Part shown: piece after piece, positions 25,684 to 37,659 of the stretch
Layout: every line of letters begins with the position of its first letter
Position numbering within the stretch: position 1 is the stretch's first letter
Origin: Mobula hypostoma
Taxonomy: Eukaryota
DNA: 64,000 nt
Assembly: GCF_963921235.1 (NCBI RefSeq)
Contig: NC_086100.1
Span: 11,594,001 to 11,658,000, forward strand
Direction: 5' to 3'
Position numbers and translations under genes: made by a program
Notes under the pieces: model-generated
The model's input: the letters and a program-made list of their open reading frames with translations, nothing else
Databases searched by the model: none
What the model was told of the DNA's origin: nothing

Positions 25684-26820
25684 CTGTCAGAAACCACAAG
25701 GGAACCAGGGAAAAAAAAACAGCGGCATTATTTCGGTGTCGGGGAATAAAGTTCCGCCGGAGACCTGTATCTACGTTCACAGTGCTACACTGGCGTATTC
25801 CATGCAATTATAGTATAGCATGGACACGGATATTTCGGCCCAACTACTGTATACTAACCTATATGCCCACTAAGCATTTTGTTCCCATTTAGCTCCATTT
25901 GACCTATATCCCTCTCACCTGTTCCATACAGGTATAAGGCCATAGTTTTGTACAGTATGGACACAGACCTTTCGGCTCAGCTCCTCTACGCTAACGCTAA
26001 CCTACGCCCACTCATTCACCAACATTTGGCCTATATGCTTCTAAACCATTCCAGTTTATGTATCTGTTCAGTCTTATTTTAACGTTTTTAATTGTACCTG
26101 ACTCAGGCACTTCCATCGACAGCTCGTTCCCGACACCCGCTGTCCTCTGTGCGAAAGGGCAGCCTCTCACGTTCCTTTGAAATCTTTCTGTCTTATATTA
26201 AGTCTATGCTTTTTGGATCTTGATTCGCTTCCCCTATTTCTGACATATCGATTTTATATGGAGAATGGTGGAAATAATGTCAGCTGATCAGAGAGAGATT
26301 GCGAGGTAACTTCCGATTCAATAACCCATCACCACATTTGTATGAATACTGTCAGTATTTGCTAATTTAAAATTCCAGATCTCCTATGTCGACAGCAAAC
26401 TGGTTTATTTAATTTTCCTTCCGAAACTGAGTAATGTTCGAATTATTGTCATTCCAACGTGCGTATATGCACGGCCATCGAAAAAAATTCCTCCGGATCA
26501 AGGTGCGTATTGAGTATATATAACGTACAAAATGTATATAATATACATATAGAGCAGATAAAGTAACGTTACCACAATGAATTAACAAATAATTAGGTGC
26601 ATTTACGATCCAAGTTAAGAAATGTATACAGCTACTGGTAGCCAGCCAATTGCGGCATCAGCGCGGGACTTCGAGCGTTTGATTCTGGCCCGCTCCCTGC
26701 ACGCTTTAAATCTGTGCTAGCTTGAGCGTCGAACTAGCAACTCAGACAAATGCGGAAGAAACGGCAAAAATACCACCAAATGCGTAACAATGGGCGAAAA
26801 AGAGCAACAACAATAAGGCT

Positions 26821-27039
26821 CACAACAGGAATTCTGCAGATGCTGGAAATTCAAGCAACACACATCAAAGTTGCTGGTGAACGCAGCAGGCCAGGCAGCA
26901 TCTCTAGGAAGAGGTGCAGTCGACGTTTCAGGCGTTTTAGTCCTGACGAAGGGTCTCGGCCTGAAACGTCGACTGCACCTCTTCCTAGAGATGCTGCCTG
27001 GCCTGCTGCGTTCACCAGCAAATTTGATGTGTGTTGCCG
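26821..27039. mobile_element. Palindromic Penelope-derived mini-element with hammerhead ribozyme, TSD-flanked
   Basis: 79-bp inverted arms 26855-26933 and 26959-27037 (one mismatch); 10-bp direct repeat CAATAAGGCT at 26811-26820 and 27040-27049. Confidence 0.88.
26938..26975 (+). ncRNA. Minimal type I hammerhead ribozyme
   Basis: TAGTC-CTGACGA-AGG(GTCTCGG)CCT-GAAAC-GTC-GACTG: stem I, full core, stem II and a palindromic ACGT in place of stem III. Confidence 0.8.
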
Positions 27040-27640
27040 CAATAAGGCTACTCGCGCCATATATGTGATGAGACTAAATTGGTGGCAGGGCGCTCCGTAG
27101 TCTCAAGGCCTGTGGGAAGAAGCCGTTTCCCACCCTATCATTCATTGTCTTAATGCTACGGCATTTCCTCCCTGATGTTAGGGAGCCAGGGAGATTGAAG
27201 AGCAGATGGGAGGGTTAATTGATAATGCGTACGCGCCTCTCCTGGAAGAGAGAGTCCGATAATCCTCTCTTCAGTCATCGCAATTTATTGTAGGGACCTG
27301 CGATAAGATATATTTTAACTCATAGAACCCACCCTTATAAGTTGAACATTTCGGCCTAGCTGCGCAAGGAGCAGGCAGTATGGTCTCCCTACCGTCGGAA
27401 GATTTACTTTCCTTCTCTCCCACCAACATTCCCGCACCAAAGCCTCTTCTGCAAATTCACCCAGCTTCCAATGGCGGAAATGTGTGGAAGATGCAGAGAG
27501 AAATCACTGTCCAGCATCCTCAGCTCCCTAAGCAAAACTCTACCGATCACTTCTTTGCAGCTGAGGACGGCGAGCTCACTTAGTGAAAGCACCTTACCAT
27601 CCACCTGATAGCCACCCAAACCGAGGGGGTGGGGTGATAA

Positions 27641-27667
27641 ACACACACACACACACACACACACACA
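27641..27667. repeat. (AC)n microsatellite
   Basis: About 13 AC units. Confidence 0.95.
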
Positions 27668-27827
27668 ATTGAACCATTGAATCACTCGGGAGTAATAAAC
27701 TACTATCTTGTATTGAAAACCGTTATTCACCACGATAAAATAAGGGCAACGTGTTTTGCATCTGGAGCCGCAGTCTTCCGTTCAGAGATAACTATGACGG
27801 CTTGAGATGATAAAAGACTTGTCTTAC

Positions 27828-28119
27828 CACGGGGACTCTGAAAGGACCTATTGACGCCGCAACCGCCAGGGACTGCGAGGATCCCGATTCCGCCACGATG
27901 GCAGGGACGGGTGAGCCTGGGGGACAGGACTGCTGCGTGTATGCTGCCTCCTGCCCGTTGAACAGTTCGAAAGCTGCTTTCACTGAGAAGTGAGGTAGAT
28001 TGCACGAATCATAAATCCTGTAGCCCAGTGTAATATTTGGAAGAAGAACGGGACTCCTGTTTATCTCTTCAATCGCAAATATCATCGCCTGAATGAAACG
28101 GAATGGACGAAATTCAAAA
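27828..28119 (-). CDS. Gene B exon 2
   Basis: cag acceptor, [39 protein letters not shown]...ESGSSQS...FRVPV, GTAAGA donor; 292 bp. Confidence 0.96.
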
Positions 28120-29848
28120 CTGCAGGATAGAGATAAATGGCAAATTAGTGAACTGGGAAATAGGTTTATCCTTGTCACATGTGCATGGGAATTGTGTATT
28201 CGAGACAGGCAATAAGGTCTAACGCCATAACGAGGTAACTGTGAGGTCAAGATTCCATTTTATTGTTCAATAGTCTTAGAACAGTGGGGTAGAAGTTGTC
28301 CTTGATGCTGGAGTTTCATGTTTTCAGACTTTTCGATCTTCTGCCTTTTGGGAAATTAGAAAAGTGAGAATGTCCAGGCTGTGTGGGCTCGTTGATTATA
28401 TTGGCTATTTTACCGAAGCATGGAACGGCGTAAACAGATTATTTCTGCTCCTAAATCCCATGGTTTTAAGGTTTTATTAGATTGCTTTAAGAATGGGACT
28501 AATGAACAACGAGTATTTCTCTGTGGTGTGCTTCTTCAAGTAGACGTACTCGTCCGATGTATCATGTGGACGATTTTTGGAATTAATAGATTGTGGGCAC
28601 TGAAAAACGGCACTCTGAAAGCACATTCGTTATATGTCTCTAGAAAGTACTGGTTTCAAGCTAAAAATGAACTGCCTCGTGAACAGCGAGTCAACAGCAT
28701 CTGTAGAGGGAAATGGACTGTCGATGTCTGGGGAGGAACCCTTGGGTGGGCTGTCTGGACTGCTGCCTTTGTGGCCACGTGCGGCTATAATTTGCCACTT
28801 AGCCTCATTCAACACGTATTTAGCAAATTTGTACAAGGTAACATTTAACAGAAATTTAATTTAATTTTCTGGCATTTGTATCATTCTTTTCTGGTTTCCA
28901 GACAACAGACACGAGTGATTCAGCACAGTGTTTAGTTTCTAAGTCACGAAAACGGCAAATTTTACAAAATCCAGTCAAAAACCTTTCAATTCCGATGACG
29001 GGGAACCGAAATACTTCATTTGGACACTGTACTCAAAACAGGGCCTGCCTGATCGTTTAGTGCAATTAATTTGTAAAAGTAAGCAGAAATTCCACTGCTG
29101 GGTCAATACTACTAGAATTATTAGTATTGGTGATAGACATTTAATGATGTTTTCCTGTCAGAAGATGAATTTATTTTGTCTTGTAATGCGAATTATTCAG
29201 TTGCTATCACAAACCATTTTCACAAGGTTTCGGCACTAATCTTCGACTGTTTATTTTCGTCCATTAATGTTGTCTGACCTGCTGATTTCCTGCAGAATTT
29301 TGTGCGTAATGCTGAGGAATCTGTTTTGGTATTTTGACATGAAGTGTGCAGGTGACTAATCTACACGATTTCGTAAAATACTCCCATAATGTAAAAGGGG
29401 ACTTCTTTTGCAGAATATATATTGACTCATTATCTGTGTCTGTTAAGGATATATTTCTATGTTTCCTTATGTTATCATCGGAATAAGTACAATTATTGCC
29501 AGTATTACTCATGGGGGAATCAATTGGTTGACTTTAAACGATAAACGATACATGCTAAATACGTGACTGAATCCTGGATTATAATGTTACAGGTAGCGAG
29601 CAACAGACACCCAGACAGAAACTGAATTTGATTGTGTCGCCAGAAATATTATGCCTCTCTTGTCTTCCAGCAATTAAACTCAATAACACATCCAGAATAT
29701 GTTCGAAAAACCCAGGATCTGTGGTAAATGAATCTTGGCTGAATTATCAGGGCGAACACCCTTCAATAGAACATGAAAAGAAGGAAGATCAAAGCAGCTT
29801 TAAATTTCAAAGAAGTTATAAACCCGTCGCTCGGCTCATTAAACTGAC

Positions 29849-30054
29849 CTTTCACATTTCACAGCTCTCGGTCTGGTTTCAAATGAAAGATCCTTTATCT
29901 CTATACGGGAGTGTAGACCAAAAATACCGCCGATATCGATGTCTCCTTCCTTTGATAAACTGAACACATCAAACATTTCTCTTTTTTTACATAGTAAGTT
30001 GCTAGTTGACACTGCAACAGGTAGCAATAAACCCCAAAACGCAATACAGCTCAT
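29849..30054 (-). CDS. Gene B exon 1; the six exons give an intact 863-aa class C GPCR
   Basis: MSCIAFWGLLLPVAVST signal peptide, GDIDIGGIF; exon sum 206+292+837+228+124+905 = 2592 nt, in frame. Confidence 0.93.
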
Positions 30055-30690
30055 ATTTGCTTTCGTTCTGACTCTTGTTGACAAAGGAGCATGCAGTTTT
30101 ATATTGGAGCTCATGCTTGGGCGAACATTGTTGTTTCTCATGATTAGGGAGATGATGCTCAGCAGGGAATAAATTGGCACTTTAACCTAAATTGGCGACG
30201 TAGAAAAAGACACTGTGTCACGCTATATGGTTGTAAATAGGGAAACATGATTACGACCCTATTGATCTTTTTGGTAAAAGTGAAATAGCCCATTGGGAAC
30301 AACTGAAGGCGAGAATCCATAATAACCCCATCTCTTGATTTACTTCTTCCCCTGCCCTACGGGCGATATAATTTTATGTTGAAACACAATGAGAGCGAAA
30401 CGATTGGCGATTCAGTTAAAACGCAGAATAACGTTGTCGGGGTAATATGCATTCTGCAGGAATATGACGGATAGCACTTCAGTTGACAGAACTTGTGGTG
30501 AATTCATGTTAATTATATATTTCCTGCATGATTAAATGCGAAATTGATCTACAAGATTTTACTGTTTCCCTCAGAACTGTAACGTCGCATGCTCGACAGA
30601 AATTAAAAGTCTGAACTTCTGTAGCTCTTTATTGGCTCCAAATATCACCTTCCAGCCTCTATCACTCGTCATACTCTTCTCTCCCCCATC
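30055..30690 (-). promoter_or_regulatory. Putative 5' UTR/proximal promoter of gene B
   Basis: Homologous to 3868-4500; minus-strand TATTTA (30234-30239), TAATCA (30248-30253), CCAAT (30292-30296). Confidence 0.6.
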
Positions 30691-31361
30691 TGAGTAAAAC
30701 TACCCTCTGAACTGGACCCCCCATCCCCTCCCAGACCCTGTCACTATTCCCACTTTTCCCTCAGCTATCTGCTTATAACTCCCTCCTTAAATGCCAACAG
30801 TCGTTCCACATCTTACTCTTCATTTCTTCATGTTTGGAATGTCTTCTCCCTCTATCTTTCTGTGCAGATGCAATGTCTCGACTTGAAGCGGGGACTGTCC
30901 ACTTCGCTAAGCGGATGCTGCCTGACCTGGTGAGTTCGTCCAGCGTTTGGGTTGTTGCGTTAATATCCGCGCACAGTGTAGATCTAAGTACCTGGGAGCA
31001 GAACTAATAGAGGACGACGATTTGGGCGTAAACCCCTGAAGATGCTGGACCAGATTGCATCTTGCATTTAAAGAGCGGCAGTGCTCTGCTCTGCAAACAA
31101 GTGGAGCTTTAACTGGAATTGAGAAAATACAGAGCAGCTGGGTCCAACACAGGAATAACATCTGACCAGCCTGCTTGGGGAAAGATAAAGAGTCCAACTC
31201 GACTTCTTTGTGACATAATGAGTGAAAGTTGTATTCTTCAGTAACATATTGTTTCGCTCCCGAGAGATTATTGATACCCCACCCCCACATTTGAAAGTAC
31301 ATATAAAAGCCTGAAAACGTACCACAAGTCCCTATTGCGCAATTGTAAGTCTTTTGAACCA

Positions 31362-32140
31362 TAATAAGACCATACGACCATAAGATATAGCTGAAAAATT
31401 AGACCATCTGGCCAATCGAGTCTGCTCCACCATTTCTTCATGGCTGATCCAATTTTTCTCTCAGCTCCAATCTCCTGCCTTTCCCGCCTATCCCTTCATG
31501 CCCTGCCCATCAAAAATCCACAAACTCTGCCTCAAAATAACATAAACACTTGGCCTACATAGCTGCCTGCGTCAAAGAATTCCACAGATTCAACAGATTC
31601 TGACGAAAGATATTCCTTCTCACCTCTTTTCTAAAAGGACGCCTCAGTATTCTGAAGCTGTGTCTTCTGGTCGTAGACTCTCCCACCATAAGGAAGATCC
31701 TCTCAACATCCGCTCTATCAAGGCCTTTCACCATTCATTAGCTTTCAATGTGTTCACCTCTCATTCTTCTGACTTCTAGTGTGTACAGGCTCAGAGTCAT
31801 CAAAAGTACTTCATATGACAAGCCATTCGATCCTGAAATCATTTTTGTGAAAGTACTTTGAAACCTCTCCAATTTTAGCATATCCATTCTAAGATAAGGT
31901 GCCCAAACCTGATCACAATACTCCAAGTGAGGCCTCACCTGTGCTTCGTAAAGTTTCAACATTACATCCTTGCTTTTATATTCAAGTCCTCTTGAAACGA
32001 ATGCTGATATTACATTTGCCTTCCTCACCACAAACTCAACCTGATAATTAATCTTCAGGAAATCTTGCACAAAGACTCCCAAGTCCCTTTGCACCTCAGT
32101 TTATTTTTGTATTACCTCTTCATTTGAAAAAATAGTCAAG
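31362..32140 (-). mobile_element. 5'-truncated CR1 LINE
   Basis: QRDLGV...RPHLEYC.QVWAPYL; TCTTATGG-like tail near 31362-31385. Confidence 0.88.
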
Positions 32141-32392
32141 TCTTTCATTAGCGTTTCTCTAATAAGACAAGATGGACTCTTGACCCCATAGTCTTCATCA
32201 TCATGGCCCTCAGCTTTTGTCTGCTTTCACTACACTTTCTCTATAACTGATACAATTTATGAATTCTGTTATTGCTTTTCCCTTGTATTACACGGATGGA
32301 CTAATGTGATGAAAGGAATTGTATGGATAGCAGGGAAAACAAAGCTTTCCACAGTACTTCGGTACATGTGAGAAGAACAAACTAATTTAACC

Positions 32393-32692
32393 AACATACA
32401 TCAAAGTTGCTGGTGAACGCAGCAGGCCAGGCAGCATCTATAGGAAGAGGCGCAGTCGACGTTTCAGGCCGAGACCCTTCGTCAGGACTGATTTAACCCT
32501 CTGTTTCTTCATCACAGTTCGGCGTTCCACACCATTATATCCTCAGAATTACACAACAAGCACAAACTCGAAGGGTCTCGGCCTGAAACGTCGACTGCAC
32601 CTCTTCCTACAGATGCTGCCTGGCCTGCTGCGTTCACCAGCAACTTTGATGTCTGTTGCTTGAATTTCCAGCATCTGCAGAATTCCTGTTGT
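32393..32692. mobile_element. Pair of oppositely oriented Penelope-derived terminal fragments forming an inverted repeat
   Basis: 32393-32490 (minus, flanked by ATTTAACC direct repeats) and 32569-32692 (plus); same family as 26821-27039. Confidence 0.85.
32453..32490 (-). ncRNA. Minimal type I hammerhead ribozyme (best-preserved copy)
   Basis: Reverse complement CAGTC-CTGACGA-AGG(GTCTCGG)CCT-GAAAC-GTC-GACTG with a perfect 5-bp stem I. Confidence 0.82.
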
Positions 32693-32744
32693 TCGAGGGC
32701 TATAGTTGGATTTTTAACTTTATTTGTTTAGGGATACAGCTCGT

Positions 32745-32942
32745 GCCGCACAAATGCACCCAAGTGACCAACTAACATATGAGAATGTACGTTTTTGGAA
32801 TGTGGGAGGCAATCGGAGCACCTGAAGGAAACCGACATGCTCACGAGGAGAACATGCATTCTGCTTGCAGACAACGGCAGGAACTAAACCTGGGTTCCTG
32901 GCACTGTAATGTGCTAAGTTAGCCGTAATGCTAGCATGGCAC
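32745..32942 (-). mobile_element. Degenerate V-SINE-like element
   Basis: TGTGGGAGGCAATCGGAGCACCTGAAGGAAACCGAC...GAGAACATGCA resembles the V-SINE central domain in reverse orientation. Confidence 0.6.
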
Positions 32943-32944
32943 CC

Positions 32945-33900
32945 TGACGGATCCTTGAGTCAGCGGATGTTGTCTATATGGACACGAGCAAGAACATTGT
33001 CAAGGTTCAGCATGGGAGATTGGCCACGAAACTTCAGTCGCTTGGCATTTAATATGAATGTGTAAATTGTATTGAGCGTTGGCTTTGTGGACGAAGTCAG
33101 TAAGTGGTTGTAAATGCATTAGGGTTAGGATTGAATGCCTGCCTCTCTGACTGAAAGTTGCTGGCTGGCGGTGTGCCTCAGGCATCGGTGCTGGGCCCGT
33201 CGTTGTCTGCCATCTGTATCAAAGATCTGGATCTGGATCTGAATCAGCAAATATGCGGATGACGCAAGGATTGGTGGTGGAATAAATAGTGAGAAAGTCA
33301 TAGGGATCTAAGCCAACTGAATACTATGGCTTAAAATTGGCAGATGAAGTATAATGAGGACAATTGTGATGTGCACAAATTTCGAAGGACCACGGAGACA
33401 GGTCTTACACCGTGAGCAGTGAGGCACTGAGGATAGTGGTGGAGCTTGGTGAGTTGAGAACGAGATTATATGAGTTAAGGGTAAAAGGTGAAATGTTTTC
33501 GGGAACATGATGGAGAACTTCTTCACCAAGAGGCTGGTGAGAGTGTGGAACAAACTATAAGCTGTAGTGGTTGATGCAGGTTCAATTTCAACATTTAAAG
33601 ACATTTGGATAGGTACATCGGCGTAGGGCAATGGAAGGCAATGCCTGTCAATGGCCTTAGCGTAAGTCAATAGGACTCAGCATAGACCAGCTAGGCCGAA
33701 GGGCCCGTATCAGTACTGCACCCTCTGCAGAGGCAAATGTGAATAACTAGAGAACATGTATTCAAGGTGAGAGAGGGAAACTTTAAGAAAATAAGGGAAC
33801 TTTTTTTAAATAGCAAATGTGGTTGCCTGCAGTGTGTTTTCTGAGGTAGTGGAAGAAGCAAATTCGATGCAGGTACTGAAGAATTTTTCTTAATATTCTG
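32945..33900 (+). mobile_element. Old CR1 RT fragments
   Basis: Recognisable VPQ.SVLGP, YADD and 3' motifs with many lesions. Confidence 0.65.
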
Positions 33901-35732
33901 ATTGCTATGAAGAGAATTGGAGGCGGTAGTTGATTCGCAGCTAGAAGGTACTTGGTTTAAATATAGCGTTTTGATCAGAGGAGGTATCATAGGACAAAGG
34001 GCTCTTTTATGTCTAGTAAATAGCGGAGCCTGTAGGAGGTGGCATTCATCAGCAAGGGTCCTCACTCTTCAGGGTGTGTACCCACTTCGATGTCAGAAAG
34101 AAATAAGATCATTATAAGAGTTTGAATTTAGTCATTAGAATAAATAGTTCGGTAAAGTTAATCTAGATGAAAAGTTTACATAATACTTCATGGAGTGTTT
34201 CTTACAGCAGAATGTTCTGAAGTCAATCAAGATCGGGCTTGAAGGTGCAATGTTGTATCAAGAGTTAATTAAAAAGCTCATACTGAAGGGACACTATTGT
34301 AAAATACGTCAATCTCGGGTTACATTTTACATCCAATTCGAGGGAATGTGGAATGACGCAAGCAAAGAATATTAAAGAGTCAATAGATAGTTGTAAAAAC
34401 AGATCAAGCTTCCAGAGGATTCCTCAAAAAATCTCAGCAATTTGGAGGGCACTTAGCATATATACAGTGAGATAAAGTAAAGGGATCTATCGAGTTACTG
34501 CCCTGATATTGTTTAAAATTGTTTAAAATTCCTAATATGACTGAAGGTGGCCTGATGCGGGGTTTTCTCCTCGAACTACCTATAGTTCCTTCTCTTAACA
34601 CCTCAGAGGTGCATTTAAATTTCATCCATGAAAATTAATGAGATTCTTCATTTTTGTCATGTCGGTACTTGGACAGGTAAATAGAAAGAATATATATATA
34701 CACACAACTGGACATAGGCTAAACATATGCAGGGAGACTTTATTTGATGAGTATCCTAGTTGACGTAGACATCAAAAAATCTTCTCCGTATATACGCAGT
34801 ACAAGTTTCCATCACCTAAAAGATATCTATCGATAAACCGACTTTAATCTGAACAAATTATTAAGGTTTCCGTTCTCCTTATCACATTACAACTTTTAGA
34901 TTTTTCATAAATTCACTTTGACTCAACACAACCGTTTTATACTATTCTTGGTATCTTTATATCACGGACTTTATGCTATATTCCAGCATTTTCCAATTGT
35001 TATTCGAATTGTTCTCTTCAAACCTGCAGATTGGATGGCGGCGTGTGTTTGCTTTATCTTTTGCCGTTATTTTTTCTCACCACAGGAACCTATAAGAATC
35101 CATATAATTGTGGAAGTCGTGAAGTAAATTATCCATCTCTTTCGAACCTCTGGGACTGAGGCCACCAGGTTCTTTGAATAAACGTCCATCATTGCAGCAT
35201 AGCCAGTGCTGTACTAGGTGTTGATTGTGATATTATTGAAACACTTGTTCAAACTGAGCACTTCCGACAATACCTCCAATATATTTGATCTCAGCTGCGT
35301 TAGATATTTTTTTGTTATCGCTTAATATCAGTAACACATAAAGAACTACCCGATAACTATGTTAATTGACTTGAACAACACAATATAAACATCTGTCGAT
35401 TTTTTTTATCAACTCCAAATTCCAGACTAATAAGACGGCACATATTTTGTGTAAACTTAAGAGCAGAAGTTTCGACATGGCAAGTTTGACAGTGCATTCA
35501 CCATAAATATACTGTAAATTGGACGTCAAGTTAGCTGTTGATCGCATACTAGGGTTAAACATTTTGTGCCCGCTTGGTCTAATCTGAACCATTTGGAGCA
35601 TACTGTATACAATTTTCAAATGACTGCCTTCCCACTAAATTAAACTGCCGATAGGGCAAAAAGGTTAAAATCGGCATTTAATAATCTCTAATTACACACT
35701 GTTGCTACAATTATACAAAGGGCTGCTGCTAG

Positions 35733-36640
35733 TTAAGGTAAAGTTCCTTTCGCCATCATTTGCTTCTTTGTATTAAATTCCGGTTTCAGTAAGATAATGT
35801 AACATTTCGGTGCAAAAATACAGACGAGCAGACCGAAGCTCGATGCCCAAATAGCGAACACTTCTACGGCCACGGTGTATTTTCCCGGAGAGCTCACATA
35901 AACTGGAATAAAAGTTATCCAGACAGCGCAGAAGATGAGCATGCTGAAGGTGATGTACTTGGCGTCGTTAAAATTGTCCGGGAGTTTCCGGGCAAGGAAA
36001 GCAAGCACTAAACACACAACGGACAACAGAGCAATATAGGCTGACACTAAGTAAAATGCTGTCAATGAGCCTACGTTACATTCCAAAATAATTATGTCTC
36101 TGTAATGTTTCATATTTTTCAGGGCATAGGGAGGTGACACACTGAGCCAGCCAACGCAAACTAATCCTTGTAAAAAGGTAAGGAGGAAGACGCCCATGCG
36201 TTGCTGCGCCGGTCCGAACCAGTTCATCGTGCTACTTTTGGGTAGAGTTGCTTTAAAGGCAACCACGACAAGGATGGTTTTACCCAAGATGCAGGAAATG
36301 CAGAATACGAACACAACCCCGAAAGTCGTGCGGCGCAACATGCAAGACCAGCCGGACGGTTCGCCAATGAAGGCGAGCAGGCAAACAAAACAAAACAAGA
36401 GGCCGAAGAGGAGCAGGAAGCTGAGCTCTGAGTTGTTCGCTTTGACCATGGGTGTTTCTCGATACCGGTAGAAAATCGCAGCAGTGGCCAATGTAAAACA
36501 CACGCCCACTAGAGCAAGCAACACTGATACCAACCCGAGAACTTCTCGAAATGAAAGGAACTCAACTTTCTTGAGAACACATTGGGTTTTTGCCTCATTA
36601 GACCAATATTCCGAAGGACACTTGATGCAATCCGAGGAAT
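35733..36640 (-). CDS. V2R/OlfC-like receptor gene C, exon 6 (7TM)
   Basis: cag acceptor at 36641-36643; DSSDCIKCP...[16 protein letters not shown]...[19 protein letters not shown]...APKCYIIL, then stop; 908 bp. Confidence 0.96.
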
Positions 36641-36669
36641 CTGGAAAAATAATCATTTCACAGACAAGT

Positions 36670-37190
36670 GAAAATCTACACATGCTGCAAATACAAGCAA
36701 CACGCAGTAAATGCTGGCGGAACTCAGCAGGCCAGCTAGCATCTATGCAAAAAAGCAAAATCGACGTTTCGAGCTGAAACGGTTTGGCAGGACTGGAGAG
36801 AAAAAAACAAACTGAGGAGTATATTTGAAAAGTGGGGGTGGGAGAGAGAGAAACACTAGGCGATAGGTGAAACTTGCAGGGGAAGGGATGAAACACTCCG
36901 CTCGGAATTTGACAGGTAAAAGAGACAGATGGCCATGGACGAAAGGAAAAAAGGAGGGTGGAGTATGTGAGGAGTGCCGAGCGCACGACGGACTGTCAAG
37001 GAGATAACATCAGAGAGGAAAAAAAGTGATGGGAAATTGTGATGGTGGGGTCTAAAGCAATTGGCGTCGTTGGAGGCAACCCAAACGGAATGTAAGTTGT
37101 TGTTCCTCCACTCTATGTGTAGCATTATCACGACTGTGAAGGAGGTCATGGATGGACATATCATAATGGGAATGGGAAGTTGCATTCAAA
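36670..37190 (-). mobile_element. Penelope-like 3' terminal fragment filling most of gene C intron 5, hammerhead decayed
   Basis: Reverse complement CAGTC-CTGCCAA...GAAACGTCGA at ~36758-36795 plus a GIY-YIG end remnant. Confidence 0.7.
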
Positions 37191-37295
37191 TTTCGCTGGT
37201 TCTAGTGGATAGAGCATAGAAGGTACATATTAAATAATCATTTAATACACAGAACTGCCGCATTGAGAAACATGGTTGTTGATCTCAGCACTTAC

Positions 37296-37419
37296 CAGTG
37301 GCGTTGTTGAACTCACCATCGGCGCACTCTGCACAGTCAAAACAACATATTGGCTGCCCTTTCCTGCTTACTTTTCTTGTTCCAGGAAGACAGGTCTCTG
37401 AGCAAATTGCTCTTGGGAT
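37296..37419 (-). CDS. Gene C exon 5 (cysteine-rich domain; not in the ORF track)
   Basis: [41 protein letters not shown]; cag and GTAAGT boundaries; 124 bp. Confidence 0.95.
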
Positions 37420-37659
37420 CTGAGGTTAAGGGAAAGTTACAGATAGTTTCCATTGGATGTGTAAAAACATCCTTAAAGCATGCTGAACAGCAAACAAAAA
37501 ACTTTTGAAAGGGAGCCAGAGAAGTTTGAAAATATCAAATATAGGTGAACATTGAAGGAAGGTATAATTGCGCAATATATGCTACAGGACCTTGAAAACT
37601 GAGGGGATGGCGTACAGCGGACTGCAAAGCTTGAACGTATAGACATTAGTAAAGAGAAT

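Noticed and set aside
22525-30054. Calling the receptors CASR or GPRC6A
   Set aside because: Tandem paralogs with short C-terminal tails and six-exon V2R/OlfC structure; no specific symbol is supportable.
30292-30298. O/E site in the gene B promoter (CCCATTGGGA)
   Set aside because: The spacer is 3 nt rather than 2, so it is better read as a CCAAT box.
36641-36986. Long N-terminal extension of the 417-aa ORF
   Set aside because: It is intron 5 (Penelope relic) that happens to be open; the exon starts at the cag acceptor, position 36640.
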